From the NCBI GenBank assembly GCA_963727775.1, contig CAVSHB010000001.1, forward strand, positions 608,001 through 672,000: a stretch of DNA of 64,000 nt, written 5' to 3'. Each line of letters opens with the position of its first letter. The first letter of the stretch is position 1. Shown in pieces: positions 20,306 to 29,431 of the stretch. A program made the translations under genes and the position numbers. The stretch is from an uncultured Nitrospiraceae bacterium (GTDB taxonomy: Bacteria; Nitrospirota; Thermodesulfovibrionia; Thermodesulfovibrionales; SM23-35). A model generated the notes under the pieces. That model saw only the letters and a list, made by a program, of their open reading frames with translations. It was not told the DNA's origin and did no database searches.

Positions 20306-21256
20306 ATGTTAAAGCTCATTTCGCAATATATAGCTTACGAACTACTGAAATTGGAGCACGGCTCTCATCTCGCTGATGCTGTAGATTTCTTTATTTACGA
20401 TACAATCAAGATATTTCTTTTACTTGCGGGCATAATATTTGTTGTCTCGACAATTCGCAGCTTTTTCCCTCCTGAAAAAACGAAACGGATATTGTCCCAT
20501 AAAAAAGAGTTTATAGGAAATATTTTGGCAGCCCTCCTCGGTATTGTAACTCCATTCTGCTCATGCTCTGCAGTGCCGCTATTTATCGGCTTTGTAGAGG
20601 CCGGCGTACCCTTAGGCGTAACGTTTTCATTCCTTATTTCATCACCGATGGTAAATGAGGTCGCGGTCGTTTTGCTTTTCGGGCTCTTTGGCTGGAAGGT
20701 GGCTGCGCTCTATGCCGGAGCCGGCCTTCTTGTTGCAATTTTCGGAGGTTTGGTTATAGGGAAACTCAAGCTTGAAAAGTGGGTAGAGGAATATGTATAC
20801 CAATTCCACAATGGACAGGAATATGAAATACTTAGGCAAAGCTTTAGAGAAAGGCTCCTATACGCAAAAGAAAATACCGTAGATATATTAAAAAGGGTAT
20901 GGCTGTATATTATTATTGCGATCGGCATAGGCGGGTTTATTCATGGGTATGTGCCTCAGGACTTTCTTGTCCGTTATGCCGGACCCGGGAATCCCTTTGC
21001 CGTTCCTATAGCAGTATTGCTCGGGGTTCCTCTCTACGCAAATGCTGCAGGAGTCATTCCGATAGTCTATGCCCTTATGGAAAAAGGATTGAGCATGGGA
21101 ACGGTATTGGCCTTTATGATGGCAGTAACGGCATTGTCGTTTCCCGAAATGATAATCCTAAGGAAAGTCTTGAAGATTCCACTTCTCGCGGTATTTGTCG
21201 GTATAATGACTGTGACCATTATAGCCGTTGGCTATTTGTTTAATGCAATTCTATAG
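20306..21256 (+). CDS. DUF318/ArsP-family permease
   Basis: TPFCSCSAVP and GVPLYAN motifs; multiple TM helices. Confidence 0.9.
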   Translation: MLKLISQYIAYELLKLEHGSHLADAVDFFIYDTIKIFLLLAGIIFVVSTIRSFFPPEKTKRILSHKKEFIGNILAALLGIVTPFCSCSAVPLFIGFVEAGVPLGVTFSFLISSPMVNEVAVVLLFGLFGWKVAALYAGAGLLVAIFGGLVIGKLKLEKWVEEYVYQFHNGQEYEILRQSFRERLLYAKENTVDILKRVWLYIIIAIGIGGFIHGYVPQDFLVRYAGPGNPFAVPIAVLLGVPLYANAAGVIPIVYALMEKGLSMGTVLAFMMAVTALSFPEMIILRKVLKIPLLAVFVGIMTVTIIAVGYLFNAIL

Positions 21257-21268
21257 AGGAGAGGATCT

Positions 21269-21586
21269 GTGAGAATAGATTGTTATATGTCGTCGACCTG
21301 CGGAGCGGAAGAAGGTCTGAGGGAAAATATCTCTCAAGCATTAGATTTGGAGGACTTACAGGCAGAAGTGCAGTTCTACCGGATCGATAATATACAGGCC
21401 GCGACATTAGAGCTTCGTGGTTCTCCCTCTGTGCTTATTGATGGAAAAGACATTCAGCCGGCAGATGTAGCCGGGTTTTCCTGAAGGTTATTCAAAGACG
21501 AAGCCGGGAAGCTTCTGAATATCCCGTCTGTGGAAATATTGAGAAAAGTAATCAGAGAGAAAAAGGAGGAAGAGCAATGGAAATAA
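21269..21586 (+). CDS. Thioredoxin-fold selenoprotein (105 aa, Sec at TGA 21482-21484)
   Basis: GSPSVLIDGKD...GFS-TGA-RLF mirrors the SCR(L/V)Y motif of this family. The frame continues 33 codons to a TAA just past the next ATG, and a SECIS-like hairpin follows the TGA. Confidence 0.78.
21489..21521 (+). promoter_or_regulatory. Bacterial SECIS-like hairpin
   Basis: TATTCA..GAAGC-CGGGAA-GCTTC-TGAATA; the G-containing apical loop begins 20 nt after the UGA. Confidence 0.7.
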
Positions 21587-21816
21587 AAATATTAGGCCCG
21601 GGTTGTCCTAACTGCTCGATGATGGAGGAACTGGCCCAAAAGGCGGTAAAAGAACTCGGCATTGAAGCGAGGGTGGATAAGATAACAGACATCAGGGAGA
21701 TCATGAAATTCACTATGTCAACGCCTGCACTTCTTATTAACGGGAAACTGAAACATTCCGGGAAACCTTTGCCGACTCTTGACAAAGTGAAAGACTTAAT
21801 AAGGGCGGCGGTGTAA
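21577..21816 (+). CDS. Small redox-active disulfide protein (thioredoxin-like)
   Basis: MEIKILGPGCPNC...TPALLING. Confidence 0.92.
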   Translation: MEIKILGPGCPNCSMMEELAQKAVKELGIEARVDKITDIREIMKFTMSTPALLINGKLKHSGKPLPTLDKVKDLIRAAV

Positions 21817-21818
21817 CC

Positions 21819-22196
21819 ATGCAGGACCTCCTAAGTGTCTTTAAATCACTTTCTGAAGAAACGAGACTGAGAATTGTTAAACTCCTTGAACACGGAGAAC
21901 TCTGCGTCTGCGATATAGTTGCCGCCCTGGACATGATACAGCCAAAGGTGTCTTTTCATCTTGCTGTTCTGAAAGAGGCCGGTCTTATCAAAGACCGAAA
22001 ACAGGGCAAATGGACTCATTACAGCATTGCTGATGCTGATATATTCAGGAGATTTCTCCTCCTCTCAACACTGGATAAAATTTCTGCTGAAACAGTATCT
22101 GAGGATACGAGAAGATTGAAGGCTTTCCTGAAAATTAAACATCAGAAAGCAAACGTGGTTTCCCTGCCCAACAGAAATGCCTGCTGCGGGAGGTAA
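21819..22196 (+). CDS. arsR: ArsR/SmtB transcriptional repressor
   Basis: ELCVCDI HTH motif, VSFHLAVLKEAGL, C-terminal CC. Confidence 0.9.
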   Translation: MQDLLSVFKSLSEETRLRIVKLLEHGELCVCDIVAALDMIQPKVSFHLAVLKEAGLIKDRKQGKWTHYSIADADIFRRFLLLSTLDKISAETVSEDTRRLKAFLKIKHQKANVVSLPNRNACCGR

Positions 22197-22200
22197 CGAA

Positions 22201-22371
22201 ATGGCTGAAGTAGTGAAGAGGCTGTCATTTCTTAACCGTTTTCTCACCTTATGGATATTTCTGGCAATGGCTGTCGGCGTTGGTTCAGGTCTGGTAAATA
22301 TAGCGCTGTATTTTAAGCGGAAATATTTTGCTGCTGAGTATTGCCGGATTAAAGGGACTGAGCCGATATAA
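22201..22371 (+). pseudogene. acr3: Internally deleted ACR3 arsenite transporter
   Basis: The Acr3 N-terminus (RLSFLNRFLTLWIFLAMAVGVG) is fused directly to the Acr3 C-terminus (GLVNIALYFKRKYF). Confidence 0.8.
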
Positions 22372-22578
22372 TCGGTGCAATGGTTGAATAAACGTCAAGT
22401 GCATATTCCGGTGAAACCTACCACTCATTCCATTGGAATCCTGCCACCTGTTCCGACGAGAGCCTGCATAGGGGGCCGGGGATATCTTGACTCCACAAAT
22501 TATGTTTGGTCCGCCCCGTAATGCGCACAACTCGTTTGTGGATAACACCTCGGAATCAACAGTGGTGACTTTTTATTG

Positions 22579-22633
22579 ATTCCCAGTAAGCGTCATTCCG
22601 CTGCGAAGTTGCGGAATGACGCTTACTGGGAAT
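22579..22633. repeat. Perfect 23-bp inverted repeat (REP-like/terminator)
   Basis: ATTCCCAGTAAGCGTCATTCCGC-N9-GCGGAATGACGCTTACTGGGAAT between convergent genes. Confidence 0.8.
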
Positions 22634-22682
22634 GCACAGATATAAATCCCTACTTTTTTTGTAGCAGGGTGGTACGTGGAAT

Positions 22683-23468
22683 CTATTTTTTCTTTCTGAA
22701 AATAATCATAGGGCAGTTTTTACAGACATCTGCACCAGGGAAATGATCTCCCGGTTTTGTAAGGGATGCGCTTCCAAGATTATTAATGCGATCCAGGAGT
22801 CTCTGTATAGTTGCCTCTATATGCTCTCCGGGAATCGTTACGTTTATTTCGCCTCTTTCCATTTTACCGGAATTATAAGTGCCACCGCAGGCGCTAATCA
22901 TGTTCGCTGATTTTTCAAGATACGAGAATACATTGCCTCCGCATGCAGCAGAATTAACAGTAAGATTGCTATGAATTGGATGTATGTCCATTGCAGACAT
23001 ATAGTCAACCAAAAGGTGATAAGCTTGCATATTATCACAATAGAAATGAACCGTATCAGGAGCAAAATATGAGCCAGCAAGGGGAGACACGATAAAAGCT
23101 TTGAGGGCGCCTTCAGGAAGTCTGGGTTTTGTCTTTACAAACTTTACCGCCTGATCCCAGTTCTTTGCATACTTTAAATGAGTCTTTACTTCAGCATCAT
23201 CAAAAGGCTTCCATCCAAAAACAAAAGAAGCATTACTGCAGCCTAACTTCTCCTTCGTTCCGAGAACTGTCTGGCCTTTCATGCGAGCAGCAATCTCAAA
23301 TTGGCAGAAGGTAAGTGGCTTCGCAGCCTCATGATACGATGCGTTTTCCATAAAATCTTCGAGATCTTCATCTTTAAAGATAAATTTCACAGCAATGGGA
23401 TAATGCATAAGACGAAGCTCATCCATCAATATCTTCTGCATATCTTGATAGGATATTTTCTTGTCCAT
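22683..23468 (-). CDS. DUF169-family protein
   Basis: PIAVKF, LTFCQ, LGCSNA, SAACG patterns and C-terminal CKNC. Confidence 0.75.
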   Translation of the reverse strand: MDKKISYQDMQKILMDELRLMHYPIAVKFIFKDEDLEDFMENASYHEAAKPLTFCQFEIAARMKGQTVLGTKEKLGCSNASFVFGWKPFDDAEVKTHLKYAKNWDQAVKFVKTKPRLPEGALKAFIVSPLAGSYFAPDTVHFYCDNMQAYHLLVDYMSAMDIHPIHSNLTVNSAACGGNVFSYLEKSANMISACGGTYNSGKMERGEINVTIPGEHIEATIQRLLDRINNLGSASLTKPGDHFPGADVCKNCPMIIFRKKK

Positions 23469-23723
23469 TTATGAACCTCCGCAAATAATGCAATCAATAC
23501 TTCATAAAAATTATTCTCTAAATATCATAACACTTACACAAAATCCTCAGGCCACCAATAATATTTTGCAAATAAGAACTGGTATCAGGCTGGCCTACAG
23601 GAGCATGTAACGTTTATTAACAGAAGAAACATACATTTTTAAACGCTTTCTATGCGGTGTCTAATTCAGGAAGGACATCTCCGCTCTCCGGGTATGTCAA
23701 CGCAGATCTCAACTTCTTACTTT

Positions 23724-24155
23724 CTACCCATTGTTTTTTTTGGCTTTTGCAATAAACCATGTGAATGTGCCTTCAAAGGTGGTGTTCTTCCCTTCGTCTA
23801 CGATCTTTACTGTGACGTCCACAAGGGTCCGTCCCTTTTCCGAGAGTTCTTTCTTTGCCTTCGTGGCTCTGTCTGCGTCAATAAAGCCTTCTGAAAATAG
23901 TCTTCCCTTTGCTGGGTTTCTATATTTGACTTCAACTCTCCTCACTACGGGAAAATAAGCTCCGTTCCAGTCGCCAAAGTTTCTTTCCAGGATCTCCCCG
24001 CTTGAGGCTTCAGCCAGTGCATATTGAGCAGATGCATGAATGGTCCCTAAATGATTCTGATATTTTACACTGTCTTCAAGCATAAGAATCGTGTCAGGTT
24101 CATCCGACTTTTTAATCAATAGGATCTTATTAAAAGGCAGGTCCAAAACATTCAT
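23724..24155 (-). CDS. Hotdog-fold thioesterase (PaaI/YiiD-like)
   Basis: NHLGTIHASAQYALAE motif. Confidence 0.8.
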   Translation of the reverse strand: MNVLDLPFNKILLIKKSDEPDTILMLEDSVKYQNHLGTIHASAQYALAEASSGEILERNFGDWNGAYFPVVRRVEVKYRNPAKGRLFSEGFIDADRATKAKKELSEKGRTLVDVTVKIVDEGKNTTFEGTFTWFIAKAKKNNG

Positions 24156-24429
24156 TCTTTTCCTTTCGTATAAGCTGATAATGATAGCAAGTCAAGAGTT
24201 GCGCTTACAAGCATATGTGATTATTAGTTTTAAAGCCACTGGATCCCTCACTATATAAGCTCAGGAAAATGACAATTACTGTTTATACTCTGCACCATTA
24301 TATCATGCTCAGGAGGTCTCAGTTACAGAGGAAGGATGTTTGCCTATCAGGACTCTCTGGAATACTGCGTTTCTTTCGTCCCGTAATGCGCATACCTTTT
24401 TTGTCAAAGACACCTACAGTGCCGCCTAA

Positions 24430-26080
24430 CCCACATAATTCATAAATTTTTGGCACATGAGATTTTTGGTGGCTTTTTGAGTCAAGTGAAGACAATAGAA
24501 GACCAATACGGAGCAGTTTTATAGACGAGTCACGATCTGATCTCGTAAAATCAGTCGGAGAAGGGCTTCATGGCAGTTTTTAAGCGCACTTCACCATTGA
24601 GGACATTTCCTGTTGAAGTTTTTCCGTAAGAAAATGTTCAGGTCGTATCAGCAGCAAGCCGATGATATACTAATGCAAAGATTTTCTTCCAGGGATAGCC
24701 ACTGGCTAAGCGAAACCATACCCGTCGGGCTGTCTGGATTACCTGGGCTCCAATCTTCAGAAGCCTCAGCCTTAACTGCTGTATCTGCATTGAGGCAAAT
24801 TCTGTTTTCTGAAGAGCTTCCCTGAGCCTCAGAACAAGCCAGTACGCCGCCATATGCAGGAAGAGTCTGAACTGGTTGGCAACAAAGCGATGACAACTCA
24901 ACCGGTCTGCCTTGAGCCCATTTTTAAACTCGTCAATCCGTACCTCACAGGTACCGCCACGCTCGGTGTAAAACTCATAGAGTTCTTTTGGTTCATAGGA
25001 GAGGTTGGTTACGACAAAACGACGGTTAGGTCCCTGTATCAGCCATTCAGCCTTCATGATAACCCGTCGCTCTTTCGGCCAACTCTGCGCCTGATATAAT
25101 CCCTCTGTAAACATCCTCTGTTTTTGTCCTGTTTCCGTATACTGCTTATGCGCTTTCTTGAGAATGGCTTCGATCATCCGCTCAAGCACATCATTACGGA
25201 TCAGACCGATCATATATTTGAGACCCTCTTCTTCACAGTATTCATATAACTCTGGTACTGCAAATCCAGCATCGCCACGGACGATGATCTCTGTTTTTGG
25301 AAACGCCTCCTTAAGTTTCGGAATGATCCGCTTGAGGATCGACACCGCTCCATAACTGGCATGCCGGTTACCAGCTCTGAGGGCCGCTGTTATCAGTTGC
25401 CCTGTGTCAGCATCGTAGATTACAAGCGGATGGTACATGTATTGGTCATAGTAGCCATGAAAGAACGTCAACTGCTGATTGCCGTATGTCGGATCGTCCG
25501 TCCCATCAAGGTCCAGAATAATCCTTTTTGGCTTTCTCTTCCGGTTCCGACGAATGTAAAGATTAATAAAATATTCTCCTATCCTGTATAGATCGTTCCG
25601 GGTGATTGCGTTTTCCAAGCGTGACAAGGTGGGCTGTGAGCCAAGATCTTCATCGCTCAACTTCCGTCCACAGGCTGTCTTCAGTGCTGGATCTTTTCTT
25701 ACTATGTTTGCATCGTTACAGTCCTCATACCCAGCAACGATTTGATATGTCCGCTGACGTAACAGTGTCTCCAGATTGTGATCGGTGTAACGGTTGTCTC
25801 TTCGGTCTGTAATACATCCTGCCATCCCTGTTATCAACCGCAAAGCATTGTCTGCTTGCCTCACCAGCAACAAGCCCGAATCAGAGGTTATCTCCCCTCC
25901 CTCAAAATCCACAGTTACTTTGTGCTTCCGAATGAATGAAAAGGTGAGCTGTTTTGTGATACACTCTGTCATATAGCCAACCATCCTTTCTTTGGTCTTT
26001 GAGGCTTCGCAATCTCAATGATACCAAAGGTCTTAGGATTGTTGGCTATTTTCTTAAACAGAATTTATGAATTATCTGGG
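24430..26080 (-). mobile_element. IS1380-family insertion sequence (1651 bp)
   Basis: IRs CCCACATAATTCATAAATT / AATTTATGAATTATCTGGG (18/19 match); TSD CTAA at 24426-24429 and 26081-26084. Confidence 0.92.
24638..25984 (-). CDS. IS1380 transposase
   Basis: TSDSGLLL, GYEDCND, DLDGTDD, RGDAGF, DRLSCHRF. Confidence 0.95.
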   Translation of the reverse strand: MVGYMTECITKQLTFSFIRKHKVTVDFEGGEITSDSGLLLVRQADNALRLITGMAGCITDRRDNRYTDHNLETLLRQRTYQIVAGYEDCNDANIVRKDPALKTACGRKLSDEDLGSQPTLSRLENAITRNDLYRIGEYFINLYIRRNRKRKPKRIILDLDGTDDPTYGNQQLTFFHGYYDQYMYHPLVIYDADTGQLITAALRAGNRHASYGAVSILKRIIPKLKEAFPKTEIIVRGDAGFAVPELYEYCEEEGLKYMIGLIRNDVLERMIEAILKKAHKQYTETGQKQRMFTEGLYQAQSWPKERRVIMKAEWLIQGPNRRFVVTNLSYEPKELYEFYTERGGTCEVRIDEFKNGLKADRLSCHRFVANQFRLFLHMAAYWLVLRLREALQKTEFASMQIQQLRLRLLKIGAQVIQTARRVWFRLASGYPWKKIFALVYHRLAADTT

Positions 26081-26364
26081 CTAATAAGAGATGAAAAAGT
26101 GCCTGTTATTGTATCCCGTAAAGCGTGAATGACGACTATTAAGTTTTTTGAGTCTGTAGCGTTATCTGAGATCTCTTTGGGTTGTGGAGCCGTTGTCTGA
26201 CAGTCCACTGAGGATCTGCAATGTATTATGCTCATCGATATCCAGATGACTGTTCATGTTGTGAACATAACATAGGGTTTATTTGGCTGTCAAGCTTGCA
26301 ATTTATTCAAGCAAAATTTGATAAATTCGCCGGATTTCATGTAAAATTTCGAGTTGGAGGACAT

Positions 26365-27132
26365 ATGAAAATCAAAGTTATAGGGTGTTCAGGTGCAGAA
26401 TTTCCCGGGCATAACGCACCTGCCTTTCTTCTGGACAATGAAATCCTGTTTGATGCGGGGAGTCTAACCAGCGTCCTGGATGAGAAAGCGCAGTTAAGAA
26501 TAAAGGATATCTTTGTTACCCATGCCCACCTTGATCATATACGGAGCATACCGTTTCTTGCCGATAACATTGTTGTCGGAAAAAAGAACAGCAAGATCAC
26601 GATTTTCAGTATCTCTTCTGTAATAAAAACAATTAAGAGACACCTTTTCAATAGTTCGGTTTGGCCTGATTTCACATTAATTCCAAACCCCGAAAATGCA
26701 ATTCTGAACCTTGTCGAACTGAAAGCCGGGACATCTATAAAAATAAATGGTTACACGATAACCCCGCATAAGGTAAATCATCCTGTCCCTGCTGTAGGAT
26801 ATTTGGTTGAGGACAAAATGGGGAAAAGATTTTTTTATACAGGGGATACGGGACCGTCTTCCAATACCTGGAAAAAGATCGGCAGTGCAAAGATCCATTG
26901 TCTCATCATTGATGTCTCTTTTCCCAATAATATGAGAGACCTGGCTATCAGTACGGGACATCTCACCCCCGACCTTTTAAAAGAAGAACTGCTGAAGATT
27001 CAGCCTGGACCTGAACATATATATATTACTCATCCAAAGCCCCATTATTTAAAAAACATTCAAGCACAGCTCAATAAGCTCAGGATGAAAAACCTTACCA
27101 TATTAAAAGACGGGGATATAATCAAGGTTTAA
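26365..27132 (+). CDS. Class II (MBL-fold) cyclic-nucleotide phosphodiesterase
   Basis: VIGCSG, DAGS, THAHLDH, FNSSVWPDF, HPVP, TGDT, GHLTP; RBS GGAGG. Confidence 0.85.
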   Translation: MKIKVIGCSGAEFPGHNAPAFLLDNEILFDAGSLTSVLDEKAQLRIKDIFVTHAHLDHIRSIPFLADNIVVGKKNSKITIFSISSVIKTIKRHLFNSSVWPDFTLIPNPENAILNLVELKAGTSIKINGYTITPHKVNHPVPAVGYLVEDKMGKRFFYTGDTGPSSNTWKKIGSAKIHCLIIDVSFPNNMRDLAISTGHLTPDLLKEELLKIQPGPEHIYITHPKPHYLKNIQAQLNKLRMKNLTILKDGDIIKV

Positions 27133-27150
27133 TTCCGGTTTAATCTTTTC

Positions 27151-27894
27151 TATAAAAGTCTTGTTTGAGAAAAGAGATCAGATGATTCCGGAAACTATCT
27201 TATAGGAATTGAATTCCATAAACAAAGGGCCCATCCTGAAGCTTTCCATGCGGTTGCACGGAGGCACGGTAAACGGATGACCCCCTCAGATCTCGATTTC
27301 CTCCTGAGCACAAATCTTTTTAGTTCAATCCCACAAGAATCTATCGACCCGTTATTGCATTGCCTGACATTCCAAAATATCAAAGCAGGTGAGAGGTTTA
27401 TAAAGAAAGGAGGGGAAGGCGACGGTCTATATATCATTCGCAGCGGTTCATGTATAGTGAATTTGTAACAAAACAATTCCTTACATCCAATCGCCCGCCT
27501 CAAAGCAGGTGATATTGTCGGGGAGATGGCTGTGTTGACCGGCGCCCGCAGAAGCACGCATGTGGATGCAGAAACCGATATCAGTCTGTGGCGACTCAGC
27601 AGGGCCAAATTTAATGAATTATCTCTGGAATACCCTGACTTAAGGAATTTCCTGACCGAGATAGTTACAAACCGCATTTCCACTTCAAAATTGACGGCAT
27701 TCAGGACCATCGGGAAATACATCATAAAGGAGAATATCGGACAGGGTGCATGGAGTGTGGTATACAAGGGCATTCATGGGAAACTGAATTTCCCTGTTGC
27801 TATTAAAATGTTGAAGCACACCATGGCTATGGATCCGGAATTCTGGGATAAATTTCAAAATGAAGCAAAGACGATAGCAAAACTGAACCAGTAA
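27151..27894 (+). pseudogene. Decayed (PilZ?)-cNMP-binding-Ser/Thr kinase
   Basis: One frame: LV*EKRSDDSGNYLIGIEF (PilZ-like tail), cNMP domain with internal TAA (27466-27468) and GEMAVLTGARRST, kinase start IGQGAWSVVYKG..VAIK, truncated at 27891. Confidence 0.8.
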
Positions 27895-27926
27895 ACTACC
27901 ACCGACAAGGTCGGTGGTAGTTTACT
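27890..27926. repeat. Perfect 17-bp hairpin truncating the kinase (REP/IS200-IS605-end-like)
   Basis: AGTAAACTACCACCGAC-AAG-GTCGGTGGTAGTTTACT. Confidence 0.75.
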
Positions 27927-27946
27927 AAATTGTTGCCGCACTATTT

Positions 27947-29287
27947 GACAGTGTAAACTTGACTGTGTGAAATTCAAACGAGGGGAAAAATAAGGGCGCA
28001 CCTCCTATAAAATATTTTGTTAGACCAATAACAAAAATCAAAAGGAGGAGCACCCATGGAAATTAAGATTAGCGTACCAGAAGTCGTAAATTTAATCAAA
28101 GAATTGCAGGAGAATCCGTCGAGGATATTTGAGATGGCCACGCTGAATGTGCAAAAGGACGTAGGCAACTATTTGACGAACCTGATGAAGGCAGAACTGA
28201 CGCATGTTTTAGGGCGTGGAAGATATGAGCGTGGCAAGGGGGAGGCCAACCATCGCAACGGGAGCTATCCCCGGGACTTCTGTATTAAGGGGATTGGAGA
28301 AGTAGCAGTAAAGGTACCTAGAGATCGGAAGGGCGAATATCAGACACAGGTATTGCCTCGTGGGAAGCGATATGAAACCAGGATCGCGGAGGATCTGTCG
28401 ATGATGTATCTGACGGGGATAAGCACGCGGACGCTCTCGATGTTAAGCAAGAGACTTATAGGGCGTGAGATATCTCATGAAGAAGTGAGCAAGGCGAGCA
28501 AGGAATTGACGGCAGGGGTAGAGAATTGGCGCAACCGTGATTTATCCCAGGAGCCAATAAAATACATCTTTGTAGACGGCGTGATCTTCAAGATGAGATT
28601 GAAGTATAGTGTGGAGAATGTCCCCGTACTTGCAGCAATAGGGGTAACAGGGGATGGAACGAAATTAGTGCTCGGTCTGCAGAGCGGCGACAAGGAATCG
28701 GCTACGAACTGGAGGGAGTTTTTTAAGGATCTAAAAAGCAGAGGGCTCGACGGGTCATCGGTGAGGCTGGGAATCATGGATGGGCTTTCTGGGCTGGAGA
28801 AAGTATTTGAAGAAGAGTTTCCCAATGCAAAAGTGCAGAGGTGCCAGGTGCATGTGGCCCGTAATGTACTGGCGAAGGTACCTCATAAATTGAAAAAGGA
28901 AGTAGCAGATGATCTGAGGTCTATATTCTATGCCTCTTCAAAAGGAAAGGCAGATGAATTCTACAGGAGCTTTTACACGAAGTGGAGCAAAGAACTCCCC
29001 TCAGCCGTGAAATCATTAGGCCAGTCAATAGACGCCTGTTTGACATTCTTCAAGTTCCCGGAAGAAGAATGGATATCATTACGGACGTCGAACATTATTG
29101 AGCGCCTGAACAAGGAATTCAAGAGAAGAACGAAGACTATGGAGATAGTAGCCGGAGAGGATGCCTGTTATAGGCTTCTTGCTTTTATATCGTTAAAGAT
29201 GGAGTTGAGTTGGAGATCAAATCCAATAGGAAAGGTGCGACCCAATTTGCCCCTTTATCAAATTTACACAAAATAGTTGACACTACC
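27947..29287 (+). mobile_element. IS256-family insertion sequence (1341 bp)
   Basis: Imperfect IRs GACAGTGTAAACT..TGTGT / ACACAAAATAGTTGACACTACC; 8-bp TSD CACTATTT at 27939-27946 and 29288-29295. Confidence 0.9.
28056..29276 (+). CDS. IS256 transposase
   Basis: RNGSY, VPRDR, FVDG, MDGLSGL, QRCQVH, RTSNIIERLNKEFKRR. Confidence 0.95.
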   Translation: MEIKISVPEVVNLIKELQENPSRIFEMATLNVQKDVGNYLTNLMKAELTHVLGRGRYERGKGEANHRNGSYPRDFCIKGIGEVAVKVPRDRKGEYQTQVLPRGKRYETRIAEDLSMMYLTGISTRTLSMLSKRLIGREISHEEVSKASKELTAGVENWRNRDLSQEPIKYIFVDGVIFKMRLKYSVENVPVLAAIGVTGDGTKLVLGLQSGDKESATNWREFFKDLKSRGLDGSSVRLGIMDGLSGLEKVFEEEFPNAKVQRCQVHVARNVLAKVPHKLKKEVADDLRSIFYASSKGKADEFYRSFYTKWSKELPSAVKSLGQSIDACLTFFKFPEEEWISLRTSNIIERLNKEFKRRTKTMEIVAGEDACYRLLAFISLKMELSWRSNPIGKVRPNLPLYQIYTK

Positions 29288-29431
29288 CACTATTTGTGTG
29301 ACCTTTATGTATCACATAAAAAAGAATAAAATGCGGGTTTTGAATCAATATTTGCAAAAATGATGGTTTTTATTGACGTTTACCTGTAAAGAGGCTAAAA
29401 TACTTCCGCAAGCTGCAAATCAAGGGGAAAT

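Noticed and set aside
22537..22545. DnaA box (TGTGGATAA) as a replication origin
   Set aside because: Single box, with no cluster and no dnaA context.
29297..29316. CRP site TGTGA...TCACA upstream of the TPR gene
   Set aside because: The spacer is 10 nt, not 6. It could bind another regulator, but nothing supports that.
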